64,000 nt of DNA from Endomicrobiales bacterium (GTDB lineage Bacteria; Elusimicrobiota; Endomicrobiia; Endomicrobiales; JALOBY01): assembly GCA_963796955.1 (NCBI GenBank), contig CAWCNJ010000008.1, positions 352,001 to 416,000 of the forward strand. Reading direction: 5' to 3'. This document shows, one piece after another, positions 57,751 through 64,000 of the stretch. The stretch's first letter is position 1. The number at the start of each line of letters is the position of its first letter. Position numbers and translations under genes: made by a program. The notes below the pieces were generated by a model. That model had not been told where the DNA came from, did not search any database, and saw only the letters and a list, made by a program, of their open reading frames with translations.

Positions 57751-60700
57751 ATGCGCGTTGATAAATTATTGAAATGTTCGATCGCGTCTCTGACACTCTC
57801 TCTTTTTTCACTGTGTTCAGCCGTGTACGCGGCGCTACCGGTGCCGGAGATAACCGGTGTAGCCCTTTCCACGACTTCTATTCAATGGAATTGGACTGAT
57901 GAATCTGCCGCCTTGGTTGATGGTTACCATCTCTATTCAACGACCGCCCCTACCTTTATAATAATCAATGCAACCTATTACATCGAGACCGGGCTTCGTC
58001 CGAACCAGCAGGTAGACCGTTATGTAACAACATATCTCGGCCCGCAGGAAAGCAATGCCTCTGAGGACGATGCAGTATACAGTTATGCCTTTCCACCAGA
58101 CGGCTTTACAACCGTCTCAACGGTCACGGTTTCGTCGGCATACATAGAATTCAGGTTCTCAAGCGCGACCTCATATGCTCTTGAGATCTCCACTGACAAC
58201 GGAAACACCTACAACTTCTTCCGTCAGATATTTGTACCGTGGCAGACCCTTGCGCCATTGGAATGTAATAAACAATATATGATACGACTTGGCGCCGTTA
58301 ACGGCGACGATGAACAAACGCCTGGAATTTACAGCTCAACATCAGTTTTTATTACACCTCCGCCTGACCCGGTGTTTTTTGCGACCGCGGTCTCTTCCTG
58401 TTCCCTGTGCTGGCAATGGACATCCACCTCGGCCTTTGCCGCCGCCGGGGTTACAGGATATAACCTTTATCATTCTACTACGACCATTGACGGCACTATA
58501 CCTAACGATGGACTGGACGGACAACTTGTTGGCTCGGTGCCGGATGTTTCCATCAGCTCTTATACCATGGTATTTACAGACAGCGTTACGTTCATAAGCG
58601 CCAATTCGCCGCATACTTTCTGGCTTAGAGCTGCAGGCCTTATAGAAAGCGTCGGCAAGAAAGCCGTGACCAGATTCACGTATGCCACCGCTCCCTCTAC
58701 GTGCACGCTTACCGAATATGATTTCCTGCATGTATTTGAAACCGGCATGGACCTGTCTTTTGCGGAAAATGGGCACGCCAGCTCCTACATAGTTGAATAC
58801 TCCACCACCGGCGGTTTTTCCTCCGCGGTTAACAAAAAACCGGCAGGAGGACCGTCCAGTTCGCTATCCCAGCTTACGAATGACACTAAATACGATATCA
58901 GAATAGGGGCTGTCAACGGTGACAACATACAAACCCCGCTTAATGCTGAAAACCCTATGGCATATAGTGCGACTTACAAGGTAGCCACACGGCTGCCCGT
59001 TCCTGATAATCTTCATGCTTCACCCGTGACAGATACCATTATAGACTGGTCCTGGTCTACCGGTACGTATACGAACACCGCCAGCGCGACAGGGTACACT
59101 ATCTATATCTCGTCTTTCTGGGTGCAAATAAACCAAACGGTGCTGCTGCCCGTTGCCCACATCGCCGGTAAAGAGAATAGTTCTTATCAGTTCGGCGCCG
59201 GTCCGGAAGGCCCGCTTATGACCAACAGCGTACATACCAGATATGTAGGCGCGACCCAGTTTTATGCAGGCTACGCATGTTACGGCAGCCTTGCCCCGGC
59301 GACGACAGGATGCACGTTTGCGACCCCGCCTAACGATGTGTTTTTTGATACGGTCACTGCCCGTACCATAAGCTTATGGTGGAAAGAACCGGAGATTCCT
59401 GCGACGATGTACCGCATAGAACGGTCAACGGTCATCGCCGAGTCCGGTCCATGGCTATTTGTTTCGTCCGTCACAGGAACGCGATTCATCGATACCGGAC
59501 TTCAACCGATGACCACATACGCTTATCGCCTTGGAGCCTATAACCAGCTGGGGCAGTTAACAAATGGACTTGCAGCGGCAACAAACAATAATAGAAGGGA
59601 TTACAGCTTTGTAAGCGGAACTGAAACGATTCACGTCGGGCCGCAGTTCTACGGCGTGGCGGTGGGGACATCCAGCATCTGCTGGAACTGGGTTGAAGTA
59701 GTGCCGGGAGTTTTGCGCTACAATATACTTTCTTCAACCAACACCATGTTAAATCCCGGGCTTAGTGTACCAGCTACTTCCTGGATAGAGACGGGTCTCA
59801 ATGGAGCGGATACAGGATTCTCCCGTCGGATACAATCACAAACCGCCTTTGGCTGGGGCGATTATACGGATGCGACCTGCTATACTTTGGCCAATGCACC
59901 GTCAAACCCTGCCACCAGTTCTGTCGGTACCCACTCGCTCACGCTCTCGTGGAACGCCAACGGCAGCACCAGGTTCCTTGTACAACGGTCAACAGATAAT
60001 GCGACATGGGCAATGATCCTTGCCCCAACAGTACTTACGATAGTACCTACGCTAAACGACATTCATTTACACTATCTTACGACGTACTACTATATGATAT
60101 ATGCCTACAATCAGAACTCGATCATGTCACCGGCATCTGTTCTTACTCAAACGATAACTACCGACGTGCCCTCATATGCAACTATTGTGAAACCAGGCTA
60201 TTCAAATGCAATTGACTTGACCGCCTCCCTAACCGGTTTTGGACAAGTGCGCGTTACCATACCTGCAGGGGCAGCGCCTGTTGACGGCTATATTTTCGCG
60301 AATACCGCCGCAGGAACAAATCCAACTGACACTACAACGGGAAATATCAGCATCGCCACAAACAAGCTTAAACCCTCGATCTTATTAGAAAGTTCTATCA
60401 TGGAACTTCACTATTACGATGCCTACGGGTCGACCGTAACGCAAACTTTTAACTCGCCCGTCAGACTATACATGCCGTACCCAGACGTAAACGGCGATGA
60501 TCTGGTCGACAATGTCTTAACCAAAATGCACGCGCATACGCTGCGCATATATACTATGGACACTTTAAACATAACCTGGTCGCTTATGCCGACATCGGTG
60601 GTTGACGTTGCCTCGACAAGGGTCTATGCCGATCTCAATCATTTTTCAATGTACGCACTTGGAAGTCTGATTGCAATGAATTCGAGCGTAAAAGATGCGC

Positions 60701-60990
60701 TGGCCTTCCCAAACCCCTATAAACCGGGGAGTGGCACGCAATTTGACAGTTCAGCCCTCGGCGAAGGTATAGTTTTTCAAGGTCTGACACCGCGCGCCCA
60801 TATCAGGATCTTCAGTATCGCCGGTGATCTAGTCGCTGACTCTCTTATCGAGAGCGACGATGGCCGTTATCTTTGGGACATTCGCAACACACAGGGCGAT
60901 AAAGTCGCATCAGGACTCTATATTTACCTTATTAACAATGCTGACGATCCTTCTGACAAACTGAGCGGCAAACTGGCGGTCATAAAATGA
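57751..60990 (+). CDS. Large secreted FN3-repeat protein with C-terminal FlgD-Ig/T9SS-like sorting domain
   Basis: Signal peptide; four repeated SI.W.W...GY..Y / L....Y..R.GA.N domain pairs; DVNGDD; C-terminal FPNPYKP...IRIFS..G.LV...WD..N..G..VASG.Y.Y...GKLAVIK. Confidence 0.85.
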   Translation: MRVDKLLKCSIASLTLSLFSLCSAVYAALPVPEITGVALSTTSIQWNWTDESAALVDGYHLYSTTAPTFIIINATYYIETGLRPNQQVDRYVTTYLGPQESNASEDDAVYSYAFPPDGFTTVSTVTVSSAYIEFRFSSATSYALEISTDNGNTYNFFRQIFVPWQTLAPLECNKQYMIRLGAVNGDDEQTPGIYSSTSVFITPPPDPVFFATAVSSCSLCWQWTSTSAFAAAGVTGYNLYHSTTTIDGTIPNDGLDGQLVGSVPDVSISSYTMVFTDSVTFISANSPHTFWLRAAGLIESVGKKAVTRFTYATAPSTCTLTEYDFLHVFETGMDLSFAENGHASSYIVEYSTTGGFSSAVNKKPAGGPSSSLSQLTNDTKYDIRIGAVNGDNIQTPLNAENPMAYSATYKVATRLPVPDNLHASPVTDTIIDWSWSTGTYTNTASATGYTIYISSFWVQINQTVLLPVAHIAGKENSSYQFGAGPEGPLMTNSVHTRYVGATQFYAGYACYGSLAPATTGCTFATPPNDVFFDTVTARTISLWWKEPEIPATMYRIERSTVIAESGPWLFVSSVTGTRFIDTGLQPMTTYAYRLGAYNQLGQLTNGLAAATNNNRRDYSFVSGTETIHVGPQFYGVAVGTSSICWNWVEVVPGVLRYNILSSTNTMLNPGLSVPATSWIETGLNGADTGFSRRIQSQTAFGWGDYTDATCYTLANAPSNPATSSVGTHSLTLSWNANGSTRFLVQRSTDNATWAMILAPTVLTIVPTLNDIHLHYLTTYYYMIYAYNQNSIMSPASVLTQTITTDVPSYATIVKPGYSNAIDLTASLTGFGQVRVTIPAGAAPVDGYIFANTAAGTNPTDTTTGNISIATNKLKPSILLESSIMELHYYDAYGSTVTQTFNSPVRLYMPYPDVNGDDLVDNVLTKMHAHTLRIYTMDTLNITWSLMPTSVVDVASTRVYADLNHFSMYALGSLIAMNSSVKDALAFPNPYKPGSGTQFDSSALGEGIVFQGLTPRAHIRIFSIAGDLVADSLIESDDGRYLWDIRNTQGDKVASGLYIYLINNADDPSDKLSGKLAVIK

Positions 60991-61991
60991 AAAAAACCAG
61001 AACGGCGCTTATTATCTGCTTCACTCTTGTTACGGTGCGCAGCGCTTATTGCGTGACAGCGGGGACTTCAGGAGCGGACTTCCTGCGCATAGGTGTCAGC
61101 GCCCGGCCCTCAGCCATGGGGGAAACAGCCGCAACCCTTGACGGCGCAAGCGCCCTGTTCTATAATCCTGCCGGACTTTCAACCGTTGACAACGCCGAAT
61201 TCACGGCGGCTCAGGTTAACTGGATAGAGAACATCAGTTACTCAAATTTCGGGGCCGCTAAAACATTTTCGTTCGGCACGCTGGCCCTGGGCGCGAATTA
61301 CCTCAGTGTCCCGCCGATACAGATGGTGGACAATACCGGTACAAAATTGAACGATAACTACACGGTTAATAATATGTGTCTTACGCTTGGATATGCCAGA
61401 ACGCTGGCGGCCGGTTTACGGGCCGGCGTCACGGCAAGCCGTATAAACAGCTCTATTGCGGATTATTCGGCGACCGCTTTTGCGGCAAGCGCCGGCATGC
61501 AGTATGAGATCTCCAGACCGCTCACCTTGGGCGTTGCGATCCAGAATCTCGGCAGTACCATGAAGTTTAACCAGGAAGGTGACCCGCTACCAACGAATTA
61601 CAAGGCAGGCGCAGCCTATACGATATCTTTTGAAAATGAAGGTGATACCAGGGAAACATCCTTAGCGAATGAGCGCACGCTGACGATAGCCGGCGATGCG
61701 AATATGTCCCGGGAGGTCGGATTGTACGGGAACGCAGGGCTTGAATATTCCATGGTATTCAACGAAGCCATGAAACTGAGCTTACGCGGTGGTTACCGCT
61801 CGGACCTTAACGAAAAAGTGAACGGCTTCTCGCTGGGGCTCGGCACAAACCTCGGCGCTTTCACCGTAGATTATGCTTACTCCGGCCTTGGCGATCTTGG
61901 CATGGCACACCGCCTCACCGTCTCCTATCGAATAGCAACACCCGCCCAGAAAAGCAGGCGTTCCGCCCGGAAAAATAACTACCTGAATTAA
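60987..61991 (+). CDS. PorV/PorQ-family outer-membrane beta-barrel
   Basis: A.FL.IG.SAR..AMGE, YNPAGL, LP...K.G, LRGGY, DYAY...GDLG..HR. Confidence 0.85.
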   Translation: MKKTRTALIICFTLVTVRSAYCVTAGTSGADFLRIGVSARPSAMGETAATLDGASALFYNPAGLSTVDNAEFTAAQVNWIENISYSNFGAAKTFSFGTLALGANYLSVPPIQMVDNTGTKLNDNYTVNNMCLTLGYARTLAAGLRAGVTASRINSSIADYSATAFAASAGMQYEISRPLTLGVAIQNLGSTMKFNQEGDPLPTNYKAGAAYTISFENEGDTRETSLANERTLTIAGDANMSREVGLYGNAGLEYSMVFNEAMKLSLRGGYRSDLNEKVNGFSLGLGTNLGAFTVDYAYSGLGDLGMAHRLTVSYRIATPAQKSRRSARKNNYLN

Positions 61992-62007
61992 AAGATTCGT
62001 GAAGTGA

Positions 62008-64000
62008 TCAGTGCGCTTTAGCGGACTGACGCAGCAGGAAGGAATTGTACTTAATGCAGGCTACCGCGACAGCGCTGCCTATAATGGCGCCGGCAACGAC
62101 ATCCACCGGAAAATGCGCACCGACATAAATCCGCGACACACCCATCAGCGCGGCAATAATGAAATACGCGTACCAAAACCTTTTGAACCGGTAGGCCATG
62201 TAAACAGCCGACCCAAAAGCCGTCTGGGTGTGGCCGGAAGGGAAAGAGGCGTTGTAGAACATAAGCCCGAGCGTGTGCACACTGGGGCCGAATAACATCG
62301 GCGGGCGCAGACGTCCGAACATACGCTTAAGTATCTGGACCAGAATACCGCCTATCAAAAGTATAAGCACCAGTAGCAGTAATTCCCGCCAGAAAACATC
62401 CCTGCGTTTAAACCACAACAAGATACCTATCAAAACAACCAGCGGCGGCCCGGTGGCTATCCAGGTAAGCGTGCCGAAAAAAATGTCGCTCACCGGGTTG
62501 CATTTTGCCAGATTGCATTGCCTGAAAAGTTTCCAATCAAGCTTCCGCAGGGCCCAGGTCATATCTAAATGCTTCCCAAGCGCCGCGTCGGTATAGGCAG
62601 GGGCAAGTTTGGAGAGGTCGAACCGGTGGCATACGGTAATCTGGAATACCCTGATCTTACGACCGTTGCGGTATATCTCCAGTGGTATCGACGCGTCACA
62701 TTTGCTGAAGGGATAATCAGCCGCGGGATCGGTCACGAAACGGTTGTCCGTCACAAAGACCGCATCTTTTCCGTCAAGAGCCGACAGATCCCTTTGCCAA
62801 AAGTCGTAGGCATCGGTTCGCTCGCTCAGGCAATAGATAGGCAGATCGCCGGGCACGTAAAAGCTGAGCTGGCTTGCGATATAGTGGCGATGCGCCAGCA
62901 CGAATGTGCCGGGTTTCTGTTGCCCAACGATCTCAGCCACTTTCATACCGACGGTCTTCCAACCGTACAACTCATTCGTTACATCCACTTTTTCCGGCTT
63001 GCCGACACCGTCTTCTACTTTAGCCGCATCGGCGGCGCTTAAAAATGCCTCCGGCGGCAGTATTTTATAAACGGCCTGCAGCGGGACCAGAACGGTCAGG
63101 AACAAACCAAAACCCCATGCGAGATACGTGCTCCACTTACGCCAGGGCCGGTCTATCCACGATAGTGTGTAATGCGCGAGCAATGGTACCAGCATAAGAT
63201 AACCCATGGCGGGCCAGTGAGGAAGGATCTCATTGAAGCTCGCTATGCCGTTAAAAAGCAGCAGCGTGGGTAGCGCGAAAGAAAGAGCAAATAGTTTATC
63301 GAATGAACGTGTGCTCAGCCAATTACGCAGTCCCGTTATCAAGGCAGCCCAATAAAAAAAGAACAGGAAGGGGGAAATATACCCGGCCTGGGCCCCCAGG
63401 CAGCGACCCAGCAATTCCGGTTTGAACTTAGGCAGACCGCCGCCTGAACCGAAGCCATGATGCAGCTGAAAACCGAACGAGGCCCAGCCGTTCTCCATGT
63501 TCCACAAGATCACCGGCGTGAACAACACAAAAGCCGTTAAAAGCATCGCGTACGGTTCTACCCGTGAAAGCCATTTTCGGTCTTTCGGCGAAAATGCGAG
63601 CACAGCGAAAACACCGGGCACCAGCAATATCGCGTTGTATTTGCTGAGAAGACCCAGACCGAGGATCAATCCTGAGGCATACCACCAGAAGGGTTTTTCC
63701 GTCGTCAGAGCGCGCTCGAAAGTCGAAAGGAAGGCCATCCAGAAAAAAGCAAGCAGCGCGTCGGGCACCGTAAGCACCGCCCCAAGGAAGGAGAAAACGG
63801 GGGTAACGTTCAGCAGCACGACCGACCAAAAGGCTGTCTTTTCGCCGTAGAACCTGCGGGCCAGTTGCCACAGGAGCAGGCTTGTTCCGACGAACAACAA
63901 CACTGTCGGCAGCCTGACCGCGAACTCGCTATGGCCGAATAGTGAAACGAAAAGTTTGATAATATAACCGACCGCAGGGGGGTGGTCGAAGTAAGAAAGG
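62008..64000 (-). CDS. GT-C (ArnT/PMT_2, GT39/83-like) glycosyltransferase fused to a C-terminal PAP2 phosphatase, 5'-truncated by window edge
   Basis: Frame open to the edge (SYFDHPP..EFAVRLP); PD, LLSKY, HW motifs; C-terminal K....R.RP, SFPSGH, SRIYVGAHFPVDV. Confidence 0.85.
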   Translation of the reverse strand, partial: LSYFDHPPAVGYIIKLFVSLFGHSEFAVRLPTVLLFVGTSLLLWQLARRFYGEKTAFWSVVLLNVTPVFSFLGAVLTVPDALLAFFWMAFLSTFERALTTEKPFWWYASGLILGLGLLSKYNAILLVPGVFAVLAFSPKDRKWLSRVEPYAMLLTAFVLFTPVILWNMENGWASFGFQLHHGFGSGGGLPKFKPELLGRCLGAQAGYISPFLFFFYWAALITGLRNWLSTRSFDKLFALSFALPTLLLFNGIASFNEILPHWPAMGYLMLVPLLAHYTLSWIDRPWRKWSTYLAWGFGLFLTVLVPLQAVYKILPPEAFLSAADAAKVEDGVGKPEKVDVTNELYGWKTVGMKVAEIVGQQKPGTFVLAHRHYIASQLSFYVPGDLPIYCLSERTDAYDFWQRDLSALDGKDAVFVTDNRFVTDPAADYPFSKCDASIPLEIYRNGRKIRVFQITVCHRFDLSKLAPAYTDAALGKHLDMTWALRKLDWKLFRQCNLAKCNPVSDIFFGTLTWIATGPPLVVLIGILLWFKRRDVFWRELLLLVLILLIGGILVQILKRMFGRLRPPMLFGPSVHTLGLMFYNASFPSGHTQTAFGSAVYMAYRFKRFWYAYFIIAALMGVSRIYVGAHFPVDVVAGAIIGSAVAVACIKYNSFLLRQSAKAH

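Noticed and set aside
792..63871. Numerous antisense and alternate-frame ORFs in the track (e.g. 15131-15844, 41356-42063, 47030-47662)
   Set aside because: Shadow ORFs of well-supported genes with no recognisable motifs.

Overview
Chromosomal window from a diderm, probably anaerobic bacterium. Elusimicrobiota-like affinity is my inference from the FN3/CTD plus PorV pair and the gene order; it is not established. All genes from 1 to 61,991 lie on the + strand. (1) 1-25.4 kb is a large surface-glycan/LPS locus: O-antigen ligase/polymerase, Wzx, about ten GT2/GT4/GT9 transferases, five SAM methyltransferases, an acetyltransferase, an AsnB-GT9 fusion, a secreted PHP enzyme, WbqC, an ExeA-like ATPase, a PIG-L deacetylase and WecA/MraY. 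(2) 25.4-35.2 kb holds PIN-PhoH, PHP, nadC-birA-rex, a degenerate RnfC/RnfD pair, a HAD phosphatase, an XRE-cupin regulator and an acyl-CoA synthetase. (3) 35.2-45.4 kb holds the S2 leader and rpsB-tsf-pyrH-frr-(ferredoxin)-uppS-cdsA-dxr-rseP-ispG-greA-proS. (4) 45.4-46.4 kb is a small variable junction. (5) 46.4-57.7 kb is a cobalamin-riboswitch-controlled corrinoid salvage/uptake operon that ends in a TonB receptor, a 35-aa precursor peptide (CbpA-like) and a radical SAM/SPASM maturase (CbpB-like). This B12-regulated RiPP is the best candidate for an uncharacterised system. (6) 57.7-64 kb holds an FN3-repeat protein with a T9SS-like CTD, a PorV-family barrel and a convergent GT-C/PAP2 fusion. 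Three +1 single-base frameshifts suggest assembly indel errors, although one lies in a T9 tract. No tRNA, rRNA, CRISPR array or transposase was seen.
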